Source of the DNA: the human T2T-CHM13v2.0 reference genome, Homo sapiens
NCBI RefSeq assembly: GCF_009914755.1
Contig: NC_060929.1
Strand: one strand, 5' to 3'
DNA length: 64,000 bases
Both the position numbers and the translations under genes were made by a program. Positions 20,434-38,049 of the stretch are shown here, piece by piece (positions within the stretch are counted from its first letter, which is position 1; every line of letters starts with the position of its first letter). The notes under the pieces are model-generated. The model was not told the origin of the DNA. It worked only from the letters and a program-made list of their open reading frames with translations, and made no database searches.

Positions 20434-21483
20434 TAAATCTTCCTTGCATGGAAGGTATCATGGGCTATGGAGCTGGTGGGGTTGGTGGCTTCACTGTCAC
20501 CAGGACAGTCAGGGAAGACTTCTGAGCATCTGCCTCCCCACAAGCGGCAATATTAGAGCTTTCCCTGGTCGCTTCTTGCTTTGCCCCAACCTTTTTCATT
20601 TTTGTTCTCGGGTGCTCTTTAATGCTCACTCTCTTAAGTTCTCTAACTGTGCTTTGAGCTCTTTGGAGAGAAGCTTTGGTTCCATTAAAATGTCACAGAT
20701 GTCAAAGGTGAAAGAGAGTGAAGCAAGTGAACAGCCCCAGCTCCTCGGTTTGCAAGGGGAAACCTGGGGTTGAGACAGGAAGTTCTTTACACCACTCACA
20801 AAACTGCTTCACGCTGGCACAGAGGCAGCTGGCGAAACTCCACCTCGCTGGTCTCCAGGCCTGCAATCTTTTCACTACGACAAACTGCCTCTACTTAACA
20901 TCAATACAGGGCTTTTATTTAAACGTATCGCATTAAACTAAGAAATTGCTTTGACAGCATGCTATGGTGTTTTTTAAACACCCATCATTTTTACAGGTCT
21001 GAAAACTCACCTAAAAATAAAATAGCTAACAATGTTGTATATAGTGAACCCTCACATAGAAGAGTTAAAATAAGTTTGAAGATCAAATGTTTCAAATTCT
21101 GAGTTTCTAGGCTGATACTACCTTATATGGGCTCCCTTTGTCCCAATTCATTCCTATCTAAGTGACAGGTGGCCATCTAGTATTTACATTTCTAAAAGTA
21201 TTACAGCTTTTAAACTTTTTTGCTACTTTCCTTCCTTAGATATAAACATGTGTTTTTGTTACAGATTCCCACCAGATCCAACACAGGTGCTGAAAGCTTT
21301 CAGGAAAGGGTTTTTTCCCTAAACTCTTTCTCTCTTACAAAGCCTCCTAAAAATAGTACACTTCCGCCGGGCATGGTGGCTCATGCCTGTAATCCCAGCA
21401 CTTTGGGAGGCCGAGGTGGGCGGATCATGAGGTCAGGAGATGGAGACCATCCTGGCTGACATGGCGAAACCCTGTCTCTACTA

Positions 21484-21759
<276 letters not shown>

Positions 21760-22140
21760 TTAATGGTGTAAATTTATAATTCATGAACGAATAAATGAAT
21801 ATGTAATAAATTTATAATTATAGCTGAATTAAGGCATTTATTTTACTAACTAGAGACACAGGAGTCCTATAAAACCAAGGCTGAAATCAGCTTAACCACG
21901 CAGCTCTAAGCTCCCTGTGAAGACAGCAGACCACACTGCTTAAGATATTAAGGTTCTCAAGCCAACCAGACCAGATCAAAACTGGACTCGATGGCTCACT
22001 GGTTACCAGTTGAGAGGTCTTGGGGAAGTCACTTAACAGCTTTAACTGCTTCAAGACTCGGTTTCCTCATCTGCATAAGAGGATTAATAACAGTATGTTA
22101 CTTATACCTCTGTGGTTGGTTTATTTCAGTACCTCACTAA

Positions 22141-22522
<382 letters not shown>

Positions 22523-22658
22523 TGATGAAGTATTACCTGGGAAAAACAATACTAAGTTTCTTACATAACAGCAATTTGTTCTATATTTGTGAATTAAAAG
22601 CATTTGCACAAATATTCATTTGCTTGCTAAGTACTTCTCGGTGAGAAGACTGACATAC

Positions 22659-22741
22659 CGGCTTTCTCTTAGCAAATTGAGAAGGTCATCTCGAAATGTA
22701 TCTCTGTTCTTCTCCAAGATACCTCGGACATCATATTGCAC
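22659..22741 (-). CDS. MYO10: MYO10 exon 17 (83 nt): VQYDVRGILEKNRDTFRDDLLNLLRES(R)
   Basis: actag|GTG and GCCG|gtatgt; LEKNRD motif. Confidence 0.95.
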
Positions 22742-23239
22742 CTAGTTTTAATAAATAAGAGAGGAGAAAACTGATTGAAAGAATAGTTTCAGGTCATAAG
22801 CAACTTCCCTGAAAGAGCCACAAAAAGAAATCATTCCAAGAAATTTATTTATTTATTTTTTAAGAGACAGGGTCTTGCTCTATTTCCCAGGCTGAAGTGC
22901 AGTGACGTGATCATAGCTCATGCAGCCTCAAATTCCTATGCCCAAGCAATCCTCCCACCTCGGCCTCCAGAACAGCTAGGACAACAGATGTGTCACCATG
23001 CCAGGCTAACTTTTTAAAAAATATCTTGTAAGATGTTTTTTATATCTATGTTGCCCAGGCTGGTCTCAAACTCCTGTCCTCAAGTGATCCTCCTGCCTCA
23101 GCCTCCCAAAGTACTGGGACTGTAGGCTCATGTGAGCCACCATGCCCAGCCCAATAAATTCATGATTGGCTTCTGAAACCACTGTTTTCTCTGAATACCA
23201 AACAGGCAAATATCAATAGGTATCTTAATAAAAAGTTAC

Positions 23240-23305
23240 CTCTCCAGCATAGTGCTTCACTCCAAAATTGTTAACTGCAACTCTGGGCTTCACATAAAAG
23301 TGGTT

Positions 23306-23308
<3 letters not shown>
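23240..23308 (-). CDS. MYO10: MYO10 exon 16 (69 nt): NNHFYVKPRVAVNNFGVKHYAGE
   Basis: (T)29ag|AAT and GAG|gtaact; HYAG motif. Confidence 0.95.
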
Positions 23309-23344
<36 letters not shown>

Positions 23345-23739
23345 TGCCTTATTTCACTCACTGATTTCCTTTGACTTCCAGAGAACACTAAATACAAAAG
23401 ACAGTGAAAATCATTTCCAAACTTGCCATGGATCTGCGTTTCAGGACACGGCATATGGTGCACTTTATAAAAACCATGTTAACTCTCGATTGTGTCATTA
23501 TAATAGATTAACAATTTTACGTTCTCTAAATAAGCTTGGGCATTCTAACAAGTAGCTCCAAATCTAACCCTTTTGCTTATTTCAATTTAGTTCTAGTAAT
23601 AGAAGAACAGCTTTGGTTTGAGAATAAATGTTCAATGTGGGAGGCACAGTTGGGCCAGCGGACTGACATGTCTGGTGTGTAATCCCAACCCACAGACGTG
23701 CTACTCCAATGTGATGAAGAATTGCAGGTTTCGACATAC

Positions 23740-23832
23740 CGCATGCTGACTGTGTAGCTTCTCCAATAAGGTGCTGTCTGTGGCTTGAGGAAAATGGCTT
23801 TCTTCATTGATAAGGGCTAGGAGGCCAAGTTT
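23740..23832 (-). CDS. MYO10: MYO10 exon 15 (93 nt): KLGLLALINEESHFPQATDSTLLEKLHSQHA
   Basis: ttctag|AAA and GCG|gtatgt. Confidence 0.95.
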
Positions 23833-23995
23833 CTAGAAGAAGAAAAAGAAAAAATGAATTAAAAGTTGAATGTGGCTGGGTGCATGGGTAGCTCATGCCT
23901 GTAATTCCAGCACTTTGGGAAGCCAAGATGGGCAGATCATTTGAGGTCAGGAGTTCCAGACCAGCCTGGCCAACAGTGAAACCCTGTTTCTACTA

Positions 23996-24229
<234 letters not shown>

Positions 24230-24675
24230 CTAACAAATGAGTGGTTAAAAGAAAAGGCATGGTAATTTCTCGATTGGAAAATCCATAATGATACACTATA
24301 GAGAAAACCAATTAAGTTCTTATATAAATCTTAAAAAAAAATTGAACCCGTTGCAATTTTGGGGATAAAACTTTTACAACTGGCAAATCTATATTGGTAC
24401 TGGCAAGGCTTTGCTTCTGACTTAAAATCTAAGGGAAGCCAATTCACACACTGTTGATTCTAAAATACTGAGTTCAATGAGACAATAGGTTTGAAGCAGC
24501 CAAGTATTTAAATTCAACCTTGCACATTTACATTTATGTTTCCAAATGGTCCATTGTGTTCTAAACATTCACATCGTTGATGTGCGTGTTCGTGCACGTT
24601 ATTTTGTTCCCATAAATATGAATCAGTCCAGCTGGACCCCCTTGGGACTGTAACCATTCTTCAAAAATACATTAC

Positions 24676-24742
24676 CTTCTCAATCAAGTCCAGGCATTCT
24701 CCATTGTCTATCCAGTCAATATCTTCCCACACTAATCCTTCC
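24676..24742 (-). CDS. MYO10: MYO10 exon 14 (67 nt): EGLVWEDIDWIDNGECLDLIEK
   Basis: ctacag|GGA and AAG|gtaatg. Confidence 0.95.
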
Positions 24743-24849
24743 CTGTAGAAAGATTTTAAACAGCCAAGTTAAATGAAAACATAGCTTCAAAACGAATCTA
24801 GTTGCTGCTTTAAAAAAAAAAATTGAAATGGAATTCTATGAGTGCTTAC

Positions 24850-24950
24850 CGGCTATATTCTAGTTGTTCTAAAGAAAAAATATGCTTGTTGAAGTACTCC
24901 TGAAGTTTCTCGTTTGCATAGTTTATATTGAACTGTTCAAAGTGATTAAC
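24850..24950 (-). CDS. MYO10: MYO10 exon 13 (101 nt): [33 protein letters not shown](R)
   Basis: cttag|GTT and GCCG|gtaagc; relay-helix NYANEKLQ motif. Confidence 0.96.
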
Positions 24951-25443
24951 CTAAGGGGGGAAAGCATTCAATAAGTATCTTTAGTGTACTCACGATTATA
25001 TAGAAAGGTGAAGAAAAGACAAAGAAAAGATCTGCAGAGAAAAATATCAATGCCTGTTGTCTGGCACAGTGGCTCACACCTGTTATCCCAGCACTTTGGG
25101 AGGCCGAGGTGGGCAGATCACCTGAGGTCGGGAGTCCAAGACCAGCCTGACCAGCATGGTGCAACCCCGTCTCTATTGAAAATACAAGAAAAATTAGCCG
25201 GCTGTGGTGGCAGGCACCTGTAATCTCAGCTTCTTGGGAGGCTGAGGTGGGAGAATCACTTGAACCAGGATGTGGAAGTTGCAGTGAGCTGTGATCACGC
25301 CACTGCACTCCAGCCTGGGATACAGAGTGAGACTCCTTCTCAAAAAAAAAAGAAAAAAAAAGAGTTTGCTCACAGAGATTTGTTCAATAGCAGCTAATCA
25401 TGGACAGAAGAGAATTCACGTGCTGCACTGTTAGGAAACCTAC

Positions 25444-25590
25444 CTCAAAGTTTTCAAATCCAAAGATGTCGAGGATGCCAATAGACTTGAAGTCCTCATT
25501 GCCTTTGATCCTGCTGTTGATCTTCTTGATTACCCACTCAAAGCAGCACGCATACAGAGCCATGGCCAGGGAGTCCCTGCTGTCTACTGC
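25444..25590 (-). CDS. MYO10: MYO10 exon 12 (147 nt): AVDSRDSLAMALY...IGILDIFGFENFE, switch II
   Basis: cacag|GCA and GAG|gtaggt. Confidence 0.97.
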
Positions 25591-25847
25591 CTGTGGGAGA
25601 GAAACCAGCACAGACTCAGCTGACCCCGGGCACCCCAGACAGGCAAGGCCATCCATTCCCCACTTGAGAGACACACACAAGACTAGCATAGCATCTGGCC
25701 CTCCAGTGTGAAGTCAATCGATCTCATCTAGGAAAGGACAGATATCTAAAGAAAAGATAAACTGGAATTCACATATTTCTCTTCTGTTAAGATTAAATAC
25801 CAGGATTCCAAACTCAACTTGCTATGCTGTTATACAAAAGAATCTAA

Positions 25848-26006
<159 letters not shown>

Positions 26007-26320
26007 TGAGTAGCTGGGATTACAGGCATGTGCCACCACACCTGGTTAATTTTTCTATTTTTAGTAGAGATGGGGTTTCTCCATGTTGGTCAGGCTGGTC
26101 TCAAACTCCTGACCTCAGGTGATCTGCCCGCCTCAGCCTCTCAAAGTGCTGGGATTACAGGTGTGAGCCACCGCACCTGGCACCAGGTTTAAAACAATAA
26201 TTAAGATGTGAGCTCTTTTTAAAATTTTTCTGATTTTCTATTATACTTTGTATTTACAAAGTTTTTCTTCATAATATGGTCAGCATTTTCATTTATCCAA
26301 TTAAAAACATATTAGAGGAG

Positions 26321-26728
26321 TGTGATGGTTAATACTGAGTGTCAACTTGATTGAAGGATACAAAGTATTAATCCTGGGTGTGTCTGTGTGGGTGACATCT
26401 GAGTCAGTGGGCTAGGGAAGGCACATCCATCCTTAATCTGGTGGGCACAAGCTCCTAGTGAAAATAAAGCAGGCAGAAAAATGCGAAAAGGCGAGACTGG
26501 CACAGCCTCCCAGCCTACATCTTTCTCCCATGCCGGATGCTTCCTGCCCTAGAACATCGGACTCCAAGTTCTTCAGTTTTGGGACTCAGACTGGCTCTCC
26601 TTGCTCCTTAGCTTGCACACAGCCTATTGTGGGACCTTCTGATCATGTAAGTTAATACTTAATAAACTCCCCTTTATATCTATCAATCTATCTATCATAT
26701 TCTGTCCCTCTAAGAAAACCCTAATACA
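26321..26728 (+). mobile_element. MLT2A solo LTR (ERVL)
   Basis: Starts TGTGATGGTTAATACTGAGTGTCAACTTGA, ends CCCTAATACA; near-TSD aggag/aagag. Confidence 0.85.
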
Positions 26729-27273
26729 AAGAGCTAGCACATATACATTGGCTCAGCGCAGTAGCAGAGGCAAATATAAATAAAACATATTATTATATTG
26801 TTTTCATTATAACAACACATTATTGTCGTAAGTAATGTTTATTTAGCACTTACTCTGTACCAGACATTAAATGCTCAGCATATATTTGTTATTTTTCTTA
26901 TAAGAATCCTATGAATTAGGTATAATTATGCTTGTCTTATAGTGGAGGAAACTGAGGCATAGTGACTAAATTTCCCAAGAGCAGACAGTAGTAAGTAGAA
27001 GGGTCAAGTTCAAAGTCAGGCAATCTGCATTCGACCCATCCTCTTAAACAACAATTCGATGTTATTTTAGACAATTAGACAGCAATTCAATAGCTTTGTC
27101 TATTCCCAATCCTTTGGTATCTTCTTTATTTTTATCATGAACCAGTCATTTGAACAGTTATTAATATATTACAGTTATAACTGTTATTATAATTACATAT
27201 TTCAATCAAACCTATGGATCTGAAAACCCAGGAGTGTCTAGTAACGCAAGATCAGATGGCAAAGCGTGTGTAC

Positions 27274-27392
27274 CTGTTGAACATTGAGAGGCGTGAGGAT
27301 CTCTTCTCCCCTGAGGAACATTGATCTCTGGGTCAAAGCATCTGTGAGCTGTGTTGGGTCCAGCCCAAGTAACTCCGCAGATCTGCCCAAAG
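27274..27392 (-). CDS. MYO10: MYO10 exon 11 (119 nt): LGRSAELLGLDPTQLTDALTQR...LNVQQ
   Basis: ctgcag|CTT and CAG|gtacac. Confidence 0.96.
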
Positions 27393-27569
27393 CTGCAGAG
27401 AATAAGACAAAGGTGAATGAACCCACCGCCCCCAAGAAGCTAACCAGGCTTAGCGATACCTTAACGCAGAGAACACACCTGAATCCCTCACGCAGAGTTT
27501 AGAGATTGCATGTTATTGCTAAGTTACTCATTCCCTTAGTGAATCCTAGATTAGTAGCATAGAGCCTCG

Positions 27570-29305
<1,736 letters not shown>

Positions 29306-30270
29306 ACAGTTCTGGTCTCCTCTAGAACCACTCTGAACTTGAACTCATCCAATTTCCAGCTTCCATGACCTCATCTCTTGCTTCCATCAGAAAAGTTTTA
29401 AAAATTAATACATAAATCACTCAAGCAAAATGACAACTGACGTAGCTATATGGTAACTCATTTTATCTTGACAGCAAATCTCTGAGACACTGTACAGGTG
29501 AGAAGTCATGAGTATTCAGGGGATAAAGAACACAGGAAACAGTATGAAGCAGGGGAGGGCTATGAAGCCAGCATACTGGCTTGCAAAACAAAGGGACTTA
29601 ATTAACCATTCTACCATGCTGGCACTCAACAGGACAATGCCACCTGACTCTCAACATTTTCCTATGTCGATTCCTGGTTGCTCATATTTCCACGTACTTG
29701 ACTCATTTTCCTTCTTTTTAAAAAGAGAAAATGGCTGCTATCCCAATTGACTAGTAACTTTTCATATACTCTGAGCCTTTCCTAACCGACGCTTCATATC
29801 TGACACAACTAACATTCTGTAGCTCTCTATTAAAGGAGTCAGAACATTTTCTCTTTTCTTTTTTTTTTTTTTTTTTTTTTTTTTTTGGTGATACAAGATC
29901 TCACTCTGTTGCCCAGACTGGAGTGCAGTGGCATCATCTCAGCTCATTGCACCTTCAACCCGCAGAGGCTCAGGTGATCCTCCCACCCTCTCCTCCCAAG
30001 CAGCTGGGACTACAGGGGCACACCATCATGCCTGGCTAATTTTTGTATTTTTAGTAGAGATGGGGTTTGGCCACATTGCCCAGGCTGGTCTCGAACTCCT
30101 GGGCTCAAGCAATCTGCCCGCCTCCACCTCCCAAAGTGCTGGGGTTACAGGCAAGAGCCACCGCACCTGGCCAGAATTTTCTTTCTGAAAGGCTAGACAG
30201 TCAATAATTTAGGTTTAAGTTTCCCACGGGGAACAAAGGGAGCGAGGAGGGCAGGCAGGCATAATCTTAC

Positions 30271-30400
30271 CTGTTTTGAAGGAAACCTGTGCCCCACCAG
30301 CAGTGATAAATTCTATGTTCCCAAGATGCAGTATACCAGCAAGCAGCCTCGACACTTCCCAAACTTCCTCCTTGCTGAACTGCATCACGTCCATTGCCGT
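30271..30400 (-). CDS. MYO10: MYO10 exon 10 (130 nt): TAMDVMQFSKEEVWEVSRLLAGILHLGNIEFITAGGAQVSFKT(A)
   Basis: ttctag|ACG and ACAG|gtaaga; ILHLGN motif. Confidence 0.96.
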
Positions 30401-30528
30401 CTAGAAGAAAATAAATGTATTTAATTTTATGTCGTTTTTTCACACTGAAGAAAATGTAGAATATCCCTGATAATATAAAATTACTAGGTGTTATTGAAAA
30501 GGCAAAGAAACAAAAAATAGATGCATAA

Positions 30529-30852
<324 letters not shown>

Positions 30853-31151
30853 TAAAATGATGAGGACATTACATAGTGCACATAAGAGGAGGAAGATAAA
30901 GAACTATAGCATGCTCAGAGATAATCAATGAAATAAACATAGTGTCCCCCTTACATACAAGCCTCCTATATATGCTACAAAAGAATTACCTCAGGGAGTC
31001 ACAGTCATGACAACAATAAAGAAACAGTTTTCTGTACAGCTATCAGAGTGTAATGAAATATTTATTATTTTCTTTAGATGTAAAAATGTGGAGAGGGAGT
31101 ACTTGGAGAGGGGGTGTATTTTTGTTTTGTTTTGTTTTGTTTTGTTTGTAG

Positions 31152-31280
<129 letters not shown>

Positions 31281-32742
31281 TAGCCAGGTGTGTTGGTGCA
31301 CACCTGCAGTCCCAGCTCCTGGCTTGGCTGAGGCAGGAGTATCGCATGAACCCAGGAGTTCAAGGTTACGGTGAGCTATGATCGCATGTGTACTCCAGCC
31401 TGGGAGCCTGGGTGACACAGTTAAGACCCTGTCTCTTAAAAAAAGAAAAAAATTAAATAAATGCTGATGGAAAATCTAAATAGATCTGGACCTATCTTCC
31501 TTAGGCACTCATCACATCTCTATTTTTAATTTCTCCAAATGATTTTTTATGGTCTTATCTTGGCCTGAGGATACTAAGTGGAAGTTAACATAATGCTGTT
31601 TGAGGAAAAATAAAAATAAACAGGCACTTACAGGAATCTGTTACCAACAGTATCTAAACAACTGAAGCCAGGTGTTTTCTGAATCATATCTAAGATTTGC
31701 TGATTTTCTACTGTGACTGAGGAGCTGCATTCTTGTGACCAAAAAAAGCTATTAAAAAAGAAAAGAAAACCAGACACGTACACACAAACTTGGGGGCAGA
31801 CTTGTTGGCAATATCGATGAAAATGACCTACAAAAAGAACTTGGACTCACACAAGGACCATAGGAGAGTGGGAAGAAGGAAACCACGCACCGCTCTGAAG
31901 CAACATAAATTGCAAAAGGAAACAACTGGAGATTTAACACTGCGAAAAGTTCAATTTCTTTCCCTTTTTTTTGTTTTCTTTCTGAGATGGAGTTTCGCTG
32001 TTTCGCCCAGCCTGGGGTGCAGTGGCACGATCTCGGCTCACCGCACCCCGTGCCTCCCAGGTTCAAGCGATTCTCCTGCTTTAGCCTCCTAAGTAGCAGG
32101 GATTACAGGCATGCGCCACCACGCCTGGCTAATTTTGTATTTTCAGTAGATACGAGGTTTCTCCATGTTGGTCAGGCTGGTCTCGAACTCCCAACCTCAA
32201 GTGATATGCCCACCTTGGCTTCCCAAAGTGCCAGGATTACAGGTGTGAACCACCACGCCAGGCCAAGATTAATTTCTTTATAAAGAAAAAGCAATAATGG
32301 CAGGAAAGAAAAGGCAAACAATGGAGAGGGAAAGAATTAAAAGATCCACTGACATATACATGAGCGATAAAAATAGGGAGAAATGCAAATCCAGAGTACT
32401 GTTTTTTTCCTTCCTAGAAATCGAACATGTACAAATTAAGGTAAATATGAGATCAGTTCTGTCAAATTAGCAAAAAATTTCAGAATGACAAAGATTAGTA
32501 GAAAAGAGACATTTATACAATGGTTGTTAGTACTATAAATTAGTATAATCTTTTTGGAAAACAACATGATTATCTGACAGAATTGTCCTAGGTATATAAT
32601 ATGTATATAATACTAGAATTTTCATATCTGAGAGAAAAACCAACAACAAAGGTTCAGAGAAGAAAAATAACTTTCTCAGGGTCGCGCAACCAAAATTCAA
32701 ACTCTGGCCCAACTGACCCAAATCTAGGAACTTACTATTATG

Positions 32743-32785
<43 letters not shown>

Positions 32786-33342
32786 TTGATACAGGGTCTC
32801 ACTCCTGTCACCTGCACTGGCGGGCAGTGGTGTGATCAAGGCTCACTGCAGCCTTGACTTCCCAGGCTCAGGTGATTCTCCCACCTCAGCCTCCTGAGTA
32901 GCTGGGACAACAGGTGCACACCAACACACCTGGCTAAATTTTTGTATTTTTAGGAGAGATGGAGTTTTGCGGTGTTGCCCAAGCCAGTCTCAAACTCCTG
33001 CGCTCAAGCAATCTGCCCACCTAGGTCTCCCAAAGTGCTGGAATTACAGGCATGAGCCACCGTGCCCAGCCAGGAACTTATCATTATTATTATTATTATT
33101 GACCCAACTCTGTTACTTTATAAAGACATAAAAAAGAAATCTATATAATCTCCAATAATTTCAATGCTGAAAATTTGTTTCAAGGAAAATTTCAAGAAAA
33201 GAAAAAAAACCTTTAGAAAACATTCACTACAGAGTTACCTTAATTAACACTTTCACAGAAAAAATAATTCTAATTATTCTACAATTATACAAGTCAAATA
33301 TAGTAAGTTATATGAATATTGCATACTTTTTTTTTTTTTTGA

Positions 33343-33501
<159 letters not shown>

Positions 33502-33507
33502 TAGTAG

Positions 33508-33660
<153 letters not shown>

Positions 33661-33879
33661 TAGAGGCACAGTTATATTTACAGTAGCTTTTTGTAAAAAA
33701 GCAAAAAAGCTATTTTGTACCTATATTATTTTTAAAATGCAGTCTGGGAAGAAAATTTACAAATTTGAAACTAGTTCCAATAGTTACTGTTAAGGGTTAA
33801 CTGTGAGTTAACAGTGCTGGCAAGCTCATGAACATTCTATTCTATCATGTCTTTTAATGTTGCTGGCAATAAATACTTT

Positions 33880-34290
33880 TACAACAAAAAATGAGACAAT
33901 CAATGGGTGAATGGATAAACAAACTGCTGTCTATTCAACGGAATACCAAAAAAAGCAGTGAATAGTGATACGTGCCACATGGATGGCTGGAGGAAGCTGG
34001 ATACAGGACACTACATAGTGCATATTTTAGTTACATGGAACTCTAAAGAAGATAACCATATACCAGAGGGACTAAATTAGATCAGTAGTTTCCTAGGGCC
34101 AGGTGTGGGGGGGTTGGGATTGCCTGGGAAGGGGCACAGAGAAACTTTTGGGGCAGAGGATTCCCTTTTATCTTGATCACAGTTGTGGATAAATGGGTGT
34201 GTAAATTCAAAATTCACTGAAATGTATACTTTAAATGGACGTATTTAATTATGTGTTCATTATATCTCAATAAAGTTGATTATAAAAATT
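33880..34290 (+). mobile_element. Old L1M 3' end
   Basis: tgaatggataaacaaactg...gtatactttaaatgg...ctcaataaagttg. Confidence 0.7.
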
Positions 34291-35620
34291 AAAATACCAT
34301 AAATTACTTGAAGGTGGGAAGGCTATCATTTCATGCATACAAACAGAAACAAAGAATAAGAACTATTTGCCAAGTGCTTATCAATTTTAAAAAGCCTATG
34401 AGAAAATAATTATTCAAATTTAAAGATATTTATCAGTGATTTCTTCTAAAAGGTAAAAGCAAAGAAATACGGTTAAGAAATACAAATAATTTGTTATTCT
34501 CAAGACTTTTTAAACTGTGTTAAAGACCATATCAGATATCAGCAAAATAATTATAATGCACCTACACTGTGCAAAAGTTAAATTTTTCCCTTTCTATGAT
34601 TAAAGTTTTCTTCATCTATGACAAGATATATTCATAACTAATATATAATCATTTTTTAGCCTGGCAACATAGCAAGAACCCCATTTCTAAAAAAAATTAA
34701 AAATTCGCCTAGTGTGCTGGCATACACCTGTACTCCCAGCTACTTGGGAGGCTAGGGCAGGAGGATCATCTGATCCCAGGAGTTCAAGGGTGCAGAGAGC
34801 CATTATCACACCACTGTGCTCCAGCCTGGGCAACAGAGTGAGACCTTGTCTCAAAAAAAAAAAAAAAAAAGTGAAATAAGTAGTAGAAAATTTCTAACTG
34901 CCAAATAAAAAATATTGACACATATCCCATAAATAAAAATTTTTGGTTAAGTTCTAAAAAAAAATACAAAGGTTGTATAAGAAGATATGTAAGCAAATGA
35001 ACAAATGTGTTTACTATATTAATAAATTTGTGGACTTCTTTGCTTTCTAGTCTAACTCTAAGTGATTGGGCAAGTAGTTAGTAGTGTTGTGATAAGCGGC
35101 AACTGCATTAATCATAACATGGAATAATTTAATGTCTAAAACCAGTTCTCGCCAATGCAGACATGTATGCTAAAACTCCAGCAAGAGTCTCTATTTATTG
35201 TTTCTTACTCTCCTATTTACAATCTTTGTTAATAAGCAATCTCCACCCCTTTGACAAGAGTAGCCACTTCAAGGCTTATTATAATTAGTATTTCAACACT
35301 AGGCTTCAAGACTGAAAAAACCATGGGAAATTCTATGATTCAGCACATAAAAAACAGATGCTTGTGAACGTGAATGTGTGTTGGGGGATGGTGGCGAATA
35401 CACGGCAGAGTCCCAATCATCATGCACAAAAGGAGCTCAGCTTGTCACCCTGGAAACAAAGGGAGGAGTGTCACCCTCAGAGAAGGTACCTCCAGAAGAA
35501 GTCAACAAATGGTGTGTCTGAAAGGGTGACAGGGGAGGCTATTTTGGGCACAGTAAATTACAAGTAAGTAACTCAGTAATAATTTATTACATCATGTTAC
35601 TTATTTATTTATTTTTTTAA

Positions 35621-35818
<198 letters not shown>

Positions 35819-36746
35819 TAGCCAGGATGGTCTCGATCTCCTGACCTCATGATCTGCCTGCCTCGGCCTCCCAAAGTGCTGGGATTACAGGCGTGAGCCA
35901 CCGTGCCCGGCCAATGTTATGTTTTATCAAGTAATATTATATTATTTTAAAAATACTTTATAATATAAAATTGGCTGACCACCCAAGTTTTCCAACACTG
36001 AAAGAGACTGACATTTCCAAGTTTCACAACATGAAAGTAAAAAGTTGGTCCTTTAAATTTTAATAAAATCTGACTCATGACAAATGAATTCACGCATGCG
36101 TACACAAGGTCACACACCATTCAAGCCCCACAGATATACCCAGGAAGGTCCATATGGTCAGGAAACCCCAGCCCTGCTCAGTGCCAGGCACGCTGTAAAC
36201 ATTCGATATTTGTGGAGTAAAAGAATAAACAGATGATCACTCAGCAAAGACTCCTGTTACTTCATACACATTTCATCAGCCACCAACCTGGTGGGCCAAA
36301 TGCAAGCAATAAAATAAACCAGTTGTTACTACTGACTTGAAATAGCTTTTCATCCTGACCTAACACTTTAAGGGGCAATTTGAAGGGCTGTATAAGAAAT
36401 GCCTATGAAATTTAGCATAGGTTCATTGCCTCTGCCCCAGGAAAAACCAAGACGCTCCTAAAACTGTTCAGAATACCTCATAGGTACTTTTTTATATTAA
36501 TGTTTATTGCGACCAATGATAAATTTTAAAAATACATTAAGGCAAATTCTCAATGAAATAAGCAAAATTCTTAAAAGGTCCTATTGCCAGAATACACTAA
36601 CATTAAAGTTGATAAAAAGAATCATGTTTTTTGTTTTTGAGACAGGGTCTTACTCTGTCATCCAGGCTGCAGTGCAATGGCATGATCATGGCTCACTACA
36701 GCCTCGAACTCCCTGGGCTCAGGTAATCCTCACACCTCCAAGGTAG

Positions 36747-37013
<267 letters not shown>

Positions 37014-37016
37014 TGA

Positions 37017-37307
<291 letters not shown>

Positions 37308-38014
37308 TGAACTCCTGTGCTCAAGTGATCTGCCCACCTCAGCCTCCCAAAGTGCTGACATTACAGACATGAGCCACTGTACCCCGCCTATCCCCCAATT
37401 CTTGATTCTCATAGGTTTGGGAGAAGAAAATCTTATTGTATATAGAAAGGAATATATTTTCCTCCCTCTTTCCCAAAAGTTACACTTTTTTTTCTCTTTT
37501 TCTTTTTGCTGCACTGCTTAGAATTTCCAGTACAAGGTTAAAGAGTAACGGGTTAAATTTTGCTATTATTATAGCAAAAATGTCATGTTTGTGATATTAA
37601 TAAACATCAGCTAAGTTTTCATTGATACACCTGCTAGACTAACACTAAAAAGTAATTGCAAATTAGATATTTAAGGATCTATAAATATCTTTTATAAGTA
37701 GAATGTATTAACTAGAATAAATTTGTTAGGTATGCTCATTATGTCAATTTCATGTATAAATTTCTCTTCCTTTCTAGGTGATTGACATATCCTTTTGTCA
37801 TAAAATCAAATTTCAAATGCCAAGACCTATTATTTCAATGTAGCAATAAAAGCTAGCAATCACTGAAGGGAAGCCAAGTTCCAAAAGTTTACTTGTAGCT
37901 GACAAAAAGAACAGACAGTTCTGAAGTGGAAAATGATGTCCCGAGAGAACACAGAGTACCAACGGAGTATCTGATTTCTCAGGGCCTTCCCAGGACAAGG
38001 GAGCTGCCACTGCC

Positions 38015-38049
38015 AAGTGCTCCCTAGCGGCCAGCAAGCGAGCTCGCAG
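38015..38049 (-). promoter_or_regulatory. Candidate CTCF site with possible upstream module
   Basis: Minus strand reads CTGCGAGCTC-N6-TGGCCGCTAGGGAGCACTT, close to the CTCF core TGGCCACCAGGGGGCGCTA. Confidence 0.55.
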
